Below are positions 55,201 through 64,000 of a DNA stretch of 64,000 bases, piece by piece (positions within the stretch are counted from its first letter, which is position 1; every line of letters begins with the position of its first letter). The translations under genes and the position numbers were made by a program. The stretch covers positions 1 to 64,000 of the IMG/VR virus record IMGVR_UViG_3300045996_003052. The stretch is one strand, 5' to 3'. This DNA comes from a virus. The notes beneath the pieces are model-generated. The model was not told the DNA's origin. It was given only the letters and a program-made list of their open reading frames with translations, and searched no databases.

Positions 55201-56304
55201 TGCGACAATTGCCGTAGCATCGTTTTGGTCAAGAAAGACAACTACCTGGTCGTGCGATACGGCCGTTCCAGCCGTTACGTCGGCGGTGGCGTCGGCGTCA
55301 GAAGTAGCGTGGGCACCGCGTTGTGTCGTAGAACTAGCGGCCCCCATGCTCCATTCGTCAGTGGATGACGGCGTATCGCTAGCAGATTCCGCTCGGTGTG
55401 CGGAAACACAAAGCAATGCGTTAGGTTGAAACCCAAACCCCGAGGGTGCCGTCGTACCTCCGCCAGTAGTTGGAGTTGTAAAGTTACCAACTTTCCAATT
55501 TCCGCCTTTAATGGCAAGGTAAAGATACGGTCTATTTGTAAGCGTGCGTTCAGCGTAGTTTAGACGGAATCCGTTAACTAGCATCGACGTAATCGATGCC
55601 CGTACGTTTATTACGGAAACCGTTGAATTATGCATCGCGATCACGCCGCCGGAGCGCATATACGATGCTGTATTCGCCGCCGCTACGTTGCCACCTTGGC
55701 TACCGCTCGCACAAACCCATTGGTTAAGTGCCCCGTCACAGGCACCTATCATCAACAGACCTGTACCTGTGGGGGCTGGAAGCGTGGCACTTGCAACGTT
55801 ACCAGCTCCGAGTAGCAGCACTAAGTCGGGTTGAAAACCTGGGGCGGTAACGTCAACGTCACCAGTTGCCGCAGGTTCGAGGGTAATTCCGACAGCTAAG
55901 TTAGTGATGGCACCGGCTAAGGCGAGGTAGTGGATTCGCTGGTCCCTAGGAAACGCGTCGATAACTTCTAAGGTAAAGCCACCGGCATCAAACGATTTTA
56001 GGCGCGCGGAACCATCGATGGTAGTCGTGAAACTAACAGAAACAACGCACCCTTCATCGGTCTGCGCGGCGTTTGAATCGGTAGCGGTATTGCCGTCATC
56101 AGAGTTTGAACAAATCGCGTAATTAGACCCAACCCCGATAGTCCAGCCGATATGTCGAAATATATCCTCACCGCCGACGGCGTCAGACGTTTCGGTACGG
56201 CCGGAAGACCAAAAAATTACGCAAGTCGGCTGAAATCCTAGACCCGCGACGACAATGTCGCTTGTACCAGTGCCTGTATTGAACGACCCAACGCGGCTAC
56301 TCAT
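52273..56304 (-). CDS. Large tail tip/hub protein with beta-rich N-domain and a ~200-aa SPSAS repeat linker
   Basis: 1343 aa; located after the tape measure and Dit; repeat at ~54500-55100. Confidence 0.8.
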   Translation of the reverse strand: MSSRVGSFNTGTGTSDIVVAGLGFQPTCVIFWSSGRTETSDAVGGEDIFRHIGWTIGVGSNYAICSNSDDGNTATDSNAAQTDEGCVVSVSFTTTIDGSARLKSFDAGGFTLEVIDAFPRDQRIHYLALAGAITNLAVGITLEPAATGDVDVTAPGFQPDLVLLLGAGNVASATLPAPTGTGLLMIGACDGALNQWVCASGSQGGNVAAANTASYMRSGGVIAMHNSTVSVINVRASITSMLVNGFRLNYAERTLTNRPYLYLAIKGGNWKVGNFTTPTTGGGTTAPSGFGFQPNALLCVSAHRAESASDTPSSTDEWSMGAASSTTQRGAHATSDADATADVTAGTAVSHDQVVVFLDQNDATAIVAEHDLQSFDSGGFTIVADTADGVAAFVGYVAAGISGSSPSASISPSASSSPSISPSASKSPSASKSPSTSASKSPSASKSPSASKSPSASKSTSPSASLSPSASPSPTPSPSLSPSASESPSASESPSASKSPSASQSPSQSPSASISQSASLSPSASPSPTPSPSASQSPSASESPSPSRSPSASLSPSLSPSVSPSQSISPSASASPSRSPSPSPTPSASVSPSASTSPSPSAPPTPKRPNFWFRLRAERNPMSAGTDIFEWSYQPKSLPGSWKEDRLISISQIDRALSTPNGAFEVTRITVVVSDEDGLIRGLLTDEETSYWDGWEGDILLLSDEGLEAGLEPWTVFRGILAGHPQLLDERIVSFEVIDIIGSEFSAFNLERDLAIPIGDEHENLPEDSVLYYPIVLGEHNDVGSKSADGLRADKGLIPGKYTGMYRIGGGGEIDPTPPPMVPPPSNLQYELVGPEGDQTRYFFASVITPYGESRVSDVLVVRNAPTDAALGLSNYVKMRCDFDAGPNDENKVRWWGRYTSPPTSWLDESYYGYGQGTTQPDRAYYNDGAKPAPTPTTTDVDHAKSYSPPIESTAVSGTVDDYWGMIVVSIGEVTIKDTPYASNLAPEAQPTRAPMDPSLEGVEYILPTSPQWPFPNPWIEKANSDGEVFRFTAALIRGPRLQHHIDETVTIAFNVCGYRGTNNLVVTQAFYQLQLFFNEFVFKDRGKGYRRGDMHTLETYVDSRPVLQTTMYERAQQISKTLIGNDIGFLGAWCIDEPMTLREFIRRFFSTFGALMGVNHFGQPFPVLPYTTASLTTGRLYKFPYNLESLPQGTPVPSQRVNRLYYDFDWDTDLRQFRVLDQGPVEDIPSQQAHGTQGQRRVYEPTETLQLYCTRDPATALAAMSNFISCYRKAPIHYSIPMPSQDLTALHDELGDRILVDHWNSLRPASESQVLILRHLINPNLGEEQIILTAWDMVRVAT

Positions 56305-57167
56305 GATATCCAGGACTCGGGATCAATGAGGTCGGGAGCCATTGGTACTGTGCCCAGACCGTCACAAGTAGGGTACCAAGTAGGGTCGGTAGCGATTGGC
56401 AAATTTCCAACAACTCCGGTAGTATCATCGTCGCGTTTCGCTGCGTTCGTACCGTCGCTACAGCACTCCGTAGAACTAACTACCGTAGATTCAGGCAAGC
56501 TTGTAGTTGGAGCCGCTGAGGGTGACGCCGAGGACGACGGTGACTTTGACGCTGACGGTGACTTTGACGCTGACGGTGATTTTGACGCCGAAGGGGACCG
56601 CGTTGGGGAAGGGGACGCCGACGGCGAACCTGATGCGGATGGCGACTTTGACGGCGATCCGCCAATCGACGCATACTCCCACTGCACGCGAACAGTAAAC
56701 CCCTGAATTTGAAATGTTCGGTGGCTGCTGGAAAACAAGACGTTCCCGTTTATTACCTTTACGACGGTACCCCAACGGTAAGAAAAAACTTCTGCCCTAG
56801 TAAACGGTACTCCCGACCATGGGTTATAGTGCTGATACGGCGGCACCCATAGATAATTTAGGCGTCCGTAATCCTGACAAGAAATTTCATTATCGCCGTA
56901 ACCCTCTCCCGCAACATCGACGCTTTCTGCGTCAACAGACACCGTCGGTGCGAGGCAAAAGTTAGAAAAATTTACAGGAATGTACCCGGGAACAAAGGAG
57001 CCTGCGCAGAGCGTCATGCCAAGACCCGTAATAATGGCGTCGACAGGAACGTCTCCGTAGTCAGGCAACGTATAGGTGACGTAGTCCCAGGTCTTGATCT
57101 CTTCCGGCGCCATTGTTTGCGAAGGAACTTCTACGCCAACGGCAACGGGGATGTCGGTAAAAGGCAT
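56301..57167 (-). CDS. Tail protein with an internal SPSAS repeat
   Basis: Coupled to both neighbours; repeat at ~56510-56660. Confidence 0.75.
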   Translation of the reverse strand: MPFTDIPVAVGVEVPSQTMAPEEIKTWDYVTYTLPDYGDVPVDAIITGLGMTLCAGSFVPGYIPVNFSNFCLAPTVSVDAESVDVAGEGYGDNEISCQDYGRLNYLWVPPYQHYNPWSGVPFTRAEVFSYRWGTVVKVINGNVLFSSSHRTFQIQGFTVRVQWEYASIGGSPSKSPSASGSPSASPSPTRSPSASKSPSASKSPSASKSPSSSASPSAAPTTSLPESTVVSSTECCSDGTNAAKRDDDTTGVVGNLPIATDPTWYPTCDGLGTVPMAPDLIDPESWIS

Positions 57168-57904
57168 TAGGCGTTATTCCACTCGATGCGGGCAAATTCT
57201 AGAAAGTTTAAGGTTATATCATAAGTTTCAGGATTCTGCTTCACAAAGTCGAACCCAAGAAACTTAACAACGAAGCAGTCGTTTATCTCCAGGTCTGGCA
57301 CAATGACTGAAGGTTTAACGCCGTTATAGGTCTGTTCCTCCCAAAGCTGAATAGCTTCATACTGCGCCTTAGTGACGGTAACGTCAAAGCTGTGGCGCCA
57401 ACGGTTTTGTCGCGGGCTATAACCCGGCACGCTGCTCCAGCCCTGGGGAGAAGTCACGTGGTATTCTTTCACGCGACGGCCACCGGGCTTCGTACCACGC
57501 GTTAGTTCAAGCGCTTGGCCAGCAAACACCTCGCCAATAGTTACGGGGTTGGAGTTTGCTGTGACTGAAAATACTAAGCTTGAAACTGCCGCCAGGGAGA
57601 CTGATGTCCAAGGGTTTTTACAAATATTGTCTCCTCGCCGATTAACTACGAGGTTAGCTGACACACCGCCGCTAACCGCGATAGTCTGGCCATTGTCAAG
57701 GTTACAGTTAGAAACTGCCACAAAATTAACGTTACCAGAACCGGTAACCGTCCACGCGTTAGTGCCGCTGGTCGCTCGCGCGGGTCGCCCGGGACGTCCG
57801 TCGGTTAACCAAGAGCGTTGGTGCTTTGGGTCAATGGTTCCGCCAGAAACTGTGGCATAAAGAGTAACCATGTTACCCGGTGGAAGGTACAGAAAGAGTG
57901 CCAT
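57167..57904 (-). CDS. Distal tail (Dit-like) protein
   Basis: Immediately downstream of the tape measure; beta-rich. Confidence 0.6.
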   Translation of the reverse strand: MALFLYLPPGNMVTLYATVSGGTIDPKHQRSWLTDGRPGRPARATSGTNAWTVTGSGNVNFVAVSNCNLDNGQTIAVSGGVSANLVVNRRGDNICKNPWTSVSLAAVSSLVFSVTANSNPVTIGEVFAGQALELTRGTKPGGRRVKEYHVTSPQGWSSVPGYSPRQNRWRHSFDVTVTKAQYEAIQLWEEQTYNGVKPSVIVPDLEINDCFVVKFLGFDFVKQNPETYDITLNFLEFARIEWNNA

Positions 57905-60900
57905 TACCGCCGTACCCCGCGAACAAGCGACTCGAAGTGTTCGTAGGTTTTACCACCGTCATGCACCGCGCCAAGTACCCCAGGCGCAAGTTTCTTCTTA
58001 ATCATCTCGATTTCTTCGCCCAGGGTAAAGGTCTTAATATTCATATCACCGTTCCAAACCATCCCAGCGCCTTGAATTGCAGTCTGCCGCGCGATGCTGT
58101 CAGATTGTTCAAGTACCCTGTTAATACCTAGCTTATCCGCCGTAAACTCAGGGGCAAGTTCGGGCACGAGCTTCATGCGATTGATGAGGGAGTCCATGGC
58201 CAAGGAGCCATCCCTCGCGAACGCCAGCATATCTTTGCGTGACTTATTTAACAGGGGTGACCATTCCTTTAGTCCACCTGGAGAGCTCCCAAAGGAAACC
58301 CCGTCAACCGCTGCCTGAGCATCCCTAGCGGCATCAACGGCGGCGTCTCCCCAGTCCTGCCACTGCCCCTCGGCACGGTCGAGGGCACCAGAGACATCCT
58401 TAACTTTGCGGTGCGCCTCCTCAGCGGCCTGGGCCGCTCTCTTGGCCTGAATCTCTGCCTCATTACCCATCTTCTTCCAAGCTTCAGGAAGATCGCCGCC
58501 AACCGCCTTAATAATGGCTCCAAGACCCTCCATCAGGATGTCGTTGGTCGTAATCTGCTTATCCTTTATGATGCCCTCCTCGCGGGCTTGGGCGATAAGC
58601 TTCGCGGTCTCGTCGTCGATCACCTCACCGCGTTCCTCGTGGGCGAGGATAACGGACTCAAGGAAGCCCTTCATCTGTTGGAGCGACTCACTCTCGGTAA
58701 AGCCGGCGGCCTTCAGCTTCGCGTAAGTCTCCAGGCCCTGGGCTTGGAGGTCAGCAAACCCTTCCGCGTCAAGCGCGCGGAGGTTAATGGACGCCACCAA
58801 GATGTCATTCAGGCCCTGGGCCTGCTCAAGCAGCGGGCGATTAATCTCAACCAGCTCACGCCAACGCTTCAGCTTATCAAATGCCTTGCTGCCATTCAGC
58901 CCGAGAATTTCCTGTACTTTTGCAAGCTTGTCAACCGAGGCACCAATCGCGTCGATGGCCTCAACGGGAGATTTTCCTTCAGCGACCATCGCGTTGAAAG
59001 TGCGTAATGTGATTCGGTTAAGCCTGTCGAACTCAACTTGGCCCTCCTTAGCGATCTTATCAAGTTGCTCAGCCGCCTCTTTTTGCGTCTGCGACAAACC
59101 CTTAAATTGGTGTTGAAGGGTCTTAAGCTTCTCCTCAAGTTGAGAAAGATTCTCACGCTGCTTTCGCGTCAGCTCCCCGAGCTTGTCCTTATCTTTCAGG
59201 TCCTTTATCTCGGCCTCAAGCAGGAAGATTTCCTTCGTAAGCCCCTTAACGTAGTTTCCACCAGTCTTAAAGGCGTCTTCCCCGGCCTTACCAAACAAGC
59301 CACCCTCTAGGTTAGCATTGGCGGAGTTAGCCGCCTCGCCAAGCTTAATAATCTTATCAGCAAAACCGTCAATAACCTTAGTTGTGCCCCCAGCAAGTTT
59401 CGTCACCTGGGCATCGAGCAGGTCGGTAACCGCTTGGATCTCTAGGCCCTCGCGCTTTGTAAGGTCAATAAGCTCGCGGAACTGGCTGTTCCACATTCCG
59501 CCGGCCTTCTCAAAGGTCTTAGCGAGGTCAGGGATAACCTCGTTAAGGGACTTCGCCGCCTCCTCGGAGGTAATGATGCCGCGTTCAAGGAAAACAAATA
59601 GGTCGCGTGTTTTCGCAATCCACTTATTGACGTTGGCCGTAGTGACGCCGCCAGCTTCTTCAATAACCGCCTTAAGGTGTAACCCGGTAGCAGCCATTCG
59701 GTCGCCGAGACGTTTCGCGTCGGCTGTAATCTTATCGATCAATCCATCGGAGAACGCTTGCCCGTACTCGCGGCCAAGGTCCGCGGCGACCTTCTTCTCC
59801 ATCGACGGCCCAGTAAACAACCTCTTAATGCCCTTGGCAATGGGTCCAGCAAGCATACCAATGATGGGCCCAATAAGTGGAATCATGTTAAGCACGCCTC
59901 TAGCAATTCCACCTAGCAGTCCTGCTTTTGAAGCAATTCCACCGCCCGCGGAGCCGCCTGTTAAGGCGTCGCTCATTTTCTTACCAAGGCCACCGCCCTC
60001 CATGCTAAATAATTTTGGTCCAAGAACGTTACCAATAGCCGCGCTGATGGTGTTCATTACGTTGCCGCCGCCGGAAAACGCACTGAGTAGCGCTTGCGGT
60101 AACGTTTTAGTGAGTTCCGTAATAGTAGAACCCCACGTACTTTTAACCTTATCAGTAGCAGCGACGTGGGCTCTACCAATTGCTGAAGCCGCCTCCATCC
60201 ACTCTGTTTCAAAACCCTGAACCATAGGGCCAAGCTTAGCCATGGCCTCTTCGTATTCAGTGTCAAGCAGCGCTAGCCGGTCTTCTCGGCCATTATCCAT
60301 CAGCTTAAAGTACTTTTTATCAAATTCAGTCTTTAAGCTAAGCATTCTTTCCTGAACTTCACCCATCTTTGTGATATGGGCCTCGAGGTCCTCGTTGCCC
60401 TGCTTGATGTTCGCCAAAGTCTCGCGGTACGCGCGGAACGAGTCAGACCAAGACGCCACCATCGCCGGTACCTTCAAATTAAACGCGTGGGACCGGTCAT
60501 TGGCGTCTTGGATGGCCGCACCGAATTCGCGCAGTACTTCTTCAAACGGAATATCCTTAGGTAAAAGTTGTAAAACGCGTTCAAGATTTTCAACGTTCTT
60601 AATGAACTTATCGCGTACAGGTAACGCCTTCTCCATGGCGTCAACCCAGCGGTTAATTGAGTCAGGAACAGCAGTACCAAATACCTGGGACCGATTGCTA
60701 ACGTCGGTAATTGCGGCGCCGTATTCCTTAATAACGGTGGCAGCAGGTACCCCATTCTTTTCCGCCATTTCCAAGGCGGCGGCAAGTTCTGCAGTTTTCT
60801 TAAGCAGCGCGTCCCGCTGCTTGCTACCGGCCTCAAGCGTCTGGTTAAGCTCGTCTTCCGTGCTCTCCCACTTATGGAGCCCGGTTATGGTACCGTCTAC

Positions 60901-62958
60901 CACGGTACTGTAGTCGGCCTGTTCCTTCTTAGCGCGCTCCATGTTCTCACGAAGCTGCTTAAGGAACTGCCCAGTCTGATCAAGCGCATTAAACAACTTG
61001 CCTTGACCGTTAGCCCAGTCGATTGAAGTCTTTAGCGCCTGCTTATTCCGCTCAATGAGCCCGTCTTGGGTCATGATGAACAGCTCGGCGTCCGTCCTCA
61101 TGTCCCGCCACATTCGGCGAGCGTTGCCAAATGAAAGTACTTCTCGCGCCGCGGCAAAGTCGCGGACGACTGCCGCCAACCCCTTAGACGTTTGCGAAAG
61201 AAGTAAGCTGAATTCGTTCCAGCCTTTCAGGACCCCCGCCAGCACTTGGAGGCTTACGCGGCCAAACGGAACTAAAGCCTCCGCGGCACGCACGGTAAAG
61301 ATTGCTACATCCTCAATTAAGCCCACTATGCGGCTAATGTTATCAGCGCTCGTCTTACCGAACGTCTGGGAAAATAAAGTACCGATGTGGAACAGTGCCT
61401 CGCGAAGCACAGGAGAAAGGTTAACGGCAAGCGCGAGTTTATTTACCCAGTTCGTCCAGTGGACCTGCATGATTTGCATGCGGTCAGACAACGTGAGCGT
61501 AAAGTCGCCGAGGTTCTTAAGATGTTCCTCAATCTTCTTGAGCGACATCTCATAAAAGGCTTGCACGCGGTTTGCCGCGGTCATCGCCTCAACGGTCGTG
61601 TGGTGGGCCTTCGCCCACTCGCGGTTAGCCTCACCGACCTTAACGATGATGCCGAGGTTGTCCAAGATGCGCGGAGACACACGGCCAAGGGCCAGGACGA
61701 GGTCGTCCATCGCACGCGGTGCCTCAATGCCCATGGCGCGGCCAAGCTTGATGGCCGCCTCACCAAGGAGTCCGAATTTCTCCGGCGTCACCTCGAGACC
61801 GAACAACATCGCGCGGTTGGCCTGCCGCATTAAGTCGAAGTCGGTAATAAGGCCGCGTGTCTTTTCCCGAGCAACCTCAATGGTACGGCCACCAAGCTGA
61901 CCAATGGCGTTTTGGAGGCGGAAGAAGCCCTCGGAAATCATCTGCACCTTAGAGCCTTGGGCACCAAGCTCAATAACTGTGCTAATAATTCCGGTGACGC
62001 TATCCTTAATAAATCCGAGAGTCTTAACAACAGCCTGGGCGGCTAGGTCGGCTAGGGTAATTGCCCCAGTAAGCCTAAAGAAGGCCCGGTCAAAGAAGGC
62101 ACCAGTTTTCGTAGCCTCCGTACCTATCTTACTTGTTTCAACGGCTAGCTTCTTCGTCTCATCCGCAAGCTTTTGAAGTGCGGCTGGAGCTTGCTGTCCA
62201 AGAGCCTGATACTTCGCGACGGCTTCAGTAACGACCTGATTGACTCGGCGCTGCTCGCTCTCGGTAAGTTTTGCCGCACTACCTACCCTAGCGACAGCCG
62301 CCGCCATGTTATTGGCAGCACTAATCGTTTTAGAACCGCTAAACTCAGCGTAAAGTCTGTTAATTTCGCGTTGCGTCGCTGAAAGGCCTTGGGTCGCTTT
62401 CTGTAGCGCGATGAGCTGAGTAGGAGCGGTTCTTCCAAGCGCTTGGTACTTGGCAATTGCCTCGTTAACGGCGGCACTAACTGCGCGAGTATCAGCAGCG
62501 GTAAGCTTAGACGCGCCGCCGATCTCCCGAACAGCCTTGACGTAATTGAGAGCGTGGGTAATGGTCTTTGTACCACTTACCTGCTCAAGTTCCTTTGCAT
62601 AGCTCTTAGTAGCGGCAGTAACCTGCCTTGTCGCCTCAAAAAGTTCCCTTAGCGCTTTTGGAGCCCGTTGACCTAGGGCGGCGTACTTAGCGAGTGCCTC
62701 TTCAAGAACGCGGTTGGCCTGGCGGGACTCGTCGGCGGTAAGCTTAGAGGCTCCGCCAACTTCTCGAATGGCCTGGATGATGGCTTGGGATTGCCGAATA
62801 ATCCGGTCGCCAGAAAACTGGTTGTAGGCTTTATTGACGTTGGCGAAGGCCTGGGTAAACTCCGAAGCTACCTTAAGGTACTCATTACGAAGTTTGACAA
62901 CTTCGCGAAGAGCCTGGGTAACTTCAGCAGTTATCCGGAGTGTAACTTCATCAGCCAA
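57904..62958 (-). CDS. Tape measure protein
   Basis: 1684 aa, helical Ala/Leu-rich; three N-terminal ~80-aa repeats (GGASKLT...AKYQALG); ILDNLGI; follows the chaperones. Confidence 0.92.
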   Translation of the reverse strand: MADEVTLRITAEVTQALREVVKLRNEYLKVASEFTQAFANVNKAYNQFSGDRIIRQSQAIIQAIREVGGASKLTADESRQANRVLEEALAKYAALGQRAPKALRELFEATRQVTAATKSYAKELEQVSGTKTITHALNYVKAVREIGGASKLTAADTRAVSAAVNEAIAKYQALGRTAPTQLIALQKATQGLSATQREINRLYAEFSGSKTISAANNMAAAVARVGSAAKLTESEQRRVNQVVTEAVAKYQALGQQAPAALQKLADETKKLAVETSKIGTEATKTGAFFDRAFFRLTGAITLADLAAQAVVKTLGFIKDSVTGIISTVIELGAQGSKVQMISEGFFRLQNAIGQLGGRTIEVAREKTRGLITDFDLMRQANRAMLFGLEVTPEKFGLLGEAAIKLGRAMGIEAPRAMDDLVLALGRVSPRILDNLGIIVKVGEANREWAKAHHTTVEAMTAANRVQAFYEMSLKKIEEHLKNLGDFTLTLSDRMQIMQVHWTNWVNKLALAVNLSPVLREALFHIGTLFSQTFGKTSADNISRIVGLIEDVAIFTVRAAEALVPFGRVSLQVLAGVLKGWNEFSLLLSQTSKGLAAVVRDFAAAREVLSFGNARRMWRDMRTDAELFIMTQDGLIERNKQALKTSIDWANGQGKLFNALDQTGQFLKQLRENMERAKKEQADYSTVVDGTITGLHKWESTEDELNQTLEAGSKQRDALLKKTAELAAALEMAEKNGVPAATVIKEYGAAITDVSNRSQVFGTAVPDSINRWVDAMEKALPVRDKFIKNVENLERVLQLLPKDIPFEEVLREFGAAIQDANDRSHAFNLKVPAMVASWSDSFRAYRETLANIKQGNEDLEAHITKMGEVQERMLSLKTEFDKKYFKLMDNGREDRLALLDTEYEEAMAKLGPMVQGFETEWMEAASAIGRAHVAATDKVKSTWGSTITELTKTLPQALLSAFSGGGNVMNTISAAIGNVLGPKLFSMEGGGLGKKMSDALTGGSAGGGIASKAGLLGGIARGVLNMIPLIGPIIGMLAGPIAKGIKRLFTGPSMEKKVAADLGREYGQAFSDGLIDKITADAKRLGDRMAATGLHLKAVIEEAGGVTTANVNKWIAKTRDLFVFLERGIITSEEAAKSLNEVIPDLAKTFEKAGGMWNSQFRELIDLTKREGLEIQAVTDLLDAQVTKLAGGTTKVIDGFADKIIKLGEAANSANANLEGGLFGKAGEDAFKTGGNYVKGLTKEIFLLEAEIKDLKDKDKLGELTRKQRENLSQLEEKLKTLQHQFKGLSQTQKEAAEQLDKIAKEGQVEFDRLNRITLRTFNAMVAEGKSPVEAIDAIGASVDKLAKVQEILGLNGSKAFDKLKRWRELVEINRPLLEQAQGLNDILVASINLRALDAEGFADLQAQGLETYAKLKAAGFTESESLQQMKGFLESVILAHEERGEVIDDETAKLIAQAREEGIIKDKQITTNDILMEGLGAIIKAVGGDLPEAWKKMGNEAEIQAKRAAQAAEEAHRKVKDVSGALDRAEGQWQDWGDAAVDAARDAQAAVDGVSFGSSPGGLKEWSPLLNKSRKDMLAFARDGSLAMDSLINRMKLVPELAPEFTADKLGINRVLEQSDSIARQTAIQGAGMVWNGDMNIKTFTLGEEIEMIKKKLAPGVLGAVHDGGKTYEHFESLVRGVRR

Positions 62959-62976
62959 CTAAGGGGTCTGGGTACG

Positions 62977-63175
62977 CTATTTTCCGTGTAGCTTGGCAAC
63001 CTGGCGTCCCCAGTCCTCCCCTATCCTTTCACAGGCTGCGTCCAAATCAATGGCAAACATCTTCTCACGCAGAGATAGCTTTTCGTTCGGGTAAATCCAA
63101 GAGCTCGGCTTCTGGCCGTACCGGCGCCCCAACCGGTCGAGCATGAGCAGCAGCAAGCGGCTGCGGCCCACGAAA
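62977..63175 (-). CDS. Tail assembly chaperone frameshift extension (gpGT-like)
   Basis: +1 frame ORF FVGRSRLLLL...RYGQKPS...IDLDAA, entered at TTTCGT. Confidence 0.65.
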
Positions 63176-63640
63176 TTCGGTAGCCTCGTCCTTATTAATG
63201 ACTGGGGCCTCCTTCTCCTCACCCTCGGGTGAAGCGTAGAAAATCCCCAGGAGCTGATCGGACGTCAACATTGTTACCGGAATATGCTCGGGGTTACCGT
63301 CATCCTCCTGCACGATGACAGGTTTCACGACGTGGATTATGGCATACTGGCGCATCGCGTCCAGCATGTCCCTCATCAAGGTTTTATCCACCTGGGCATA
63401 CTGCTCTAATTGAGTTTGCGGCGGCAATCCATCCGCCTTACGTTTCTCCGCGTTGGCCGCCAGCTGGGCCTCAAAATTCATCGCGGAGTCCAGCATAGGT
63501 AACGGCATCGCATTGTTCAGGAGCATAGTCATCATGTCCATGCGACGCAACTCGACGGTTAAAGTGCTGTCGATTTTGACGGTGAAAGTGAACCTACGCC
63601 GGAAATCTGCCGCCGACGTAGGTTTAAGCTGCTCTGCCAT
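63065..63640 (-). CDS. Tail assembly chaperone (gpG-like)
   Basis: Lies between the tail tube and tape measure genes; GGAGG SD. Confidence 0.75.
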   Translation of the reverse strand: MAEQLKPTSAADFRRRFTFTVKIDSTLTVELRRMDMMTMLLNNAMPLPMLDSAMNFEAQLAANAEKRKADGLPPQTQLEQYAQVDKTLMRDMLDAMRQYAIIHVVKPVIVQEDDGNPEHIPVTMLTSDQLLGIFYASPEGEEKEAPVINKDEATEFRGPQPLAAAHARPVGAPVRPEAELLDLPERKAISA

Positions 63641-63667
63641 GGTCTCGCCTCCAAGGCCTGTTTGAGT

Positions 63668-64000
63668 TTACGCCGACGGCGACACTGAAGCCGAAGGTGA
63701 CTGGGACCCAGATGGTGATTGTGTTGCCGAGGATGAAGCTGACGGCGACGGCGATGACACGCCAAACGTAGCCGCCGCCTTCTCACGACTTAGCTGAAAG
63801 ATCTGATCGCCTCGGGTACGCGTCGTATCCGGCAGGCACTGGAACATGACGGCGTAGGTGCTGGGCGCGGTACGACTATAGGTCAGCGGCATCGCGTTAA
63901 TGGAGATGCACTTGTACGCCACAAGAATCTCGTAGGCGCCGGCGATGTCGCGTCGAGCCGACGATAAGAAAATCGTCGTATAGAGAGGCGCGATGATGCT
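63668..64000 (-). CDS. Major tail tube protein, C-terminal part, ending in a Ser/Pro extension
   Basis: Frame is open to the window edge; position upstream of the chaperone; ends SSPSPSASSSATQSPSGSQSPSASVSPSA. Confidence 0.7.
   Translation of the reverse strand, partial: SIIAPLYTTIFLSSARRDIAGAYEILVAYKCISINAMPLTYSRTAPSTYAVMFQCLPDTTRTRGDQIFQLSREKAAATFGVSSPSPSASSSATQSPSGSQSPSASVSPSA

Noticed and set aside
57904-62958. Numerous plus-strand ORFs of 60-300 aa inside the tape measure gene
   Set aside because: Antisense shadows with Ser/Pro-biased composition.
1-64000. CRISPR array or tRNA genes
   Set aside because: No regularly spaced identical repeats with unique spacers were seen; the repeats are coding or promoter motifs. 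No convincing tRNA cloverleaf was noticed by eye, though a tRNAscan run is still needed.

Overview
The window is 64 kb of a tailed dsDNA (siphovirus-like) phage genome; no integrase or repressor was recognised. There are three blocks. (1) 1-11.8 kb, minus strand: an operon that mixes glycan-modifying enzymes with probable virion proteins carrying long (Ser-X)n 'SPSAS[K/E/V]' repeats. The enzymes are two GT-A glycosyltransferases with polypeptide-GalNAc-transferase-like motifs, a GT4 and a SAM methyltransferase; a secreted BACON protein is also encoded here. (2) 12-48.6 kb, mostly plus strand: an AT-rich control island, a TerS-like gene, a candidate origin, about 40 small early genes behind a repeated T[G/T]TAC[A/T]-N17/18-TATAAT promoter, replication genes (SNF2 helicase, SSB-like, primase, UvrD, PolA, resolvase) and a nucleotide/base-modification cluster (aGPT-Pplase1-like, methyltransferase with an in-frame LAGLIDADG, kinase-UDG fusion, Asp-type thymidylate synthase homolog, dCMP deaminase, MazG-like). 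(3) 48.6-64 kb, minus strand: lysis and tail genes (GH108 endolysin, GH5-like hydrolase, hub, Dit, tape measure, frameshifted chaperone, tail tube). The leading candidate for a new system is a phage-encoded mucin/SRRP-type O-glycosylation machinery acting on at least six Ser/Pro-repeat proteins. Also notable are an rRNA-operon-like boxA/processing stem enclosing an early gene, the base-modification cluster and three candidate structured RNAs. Family assignments come from motif recognition by eye, not from database searches.
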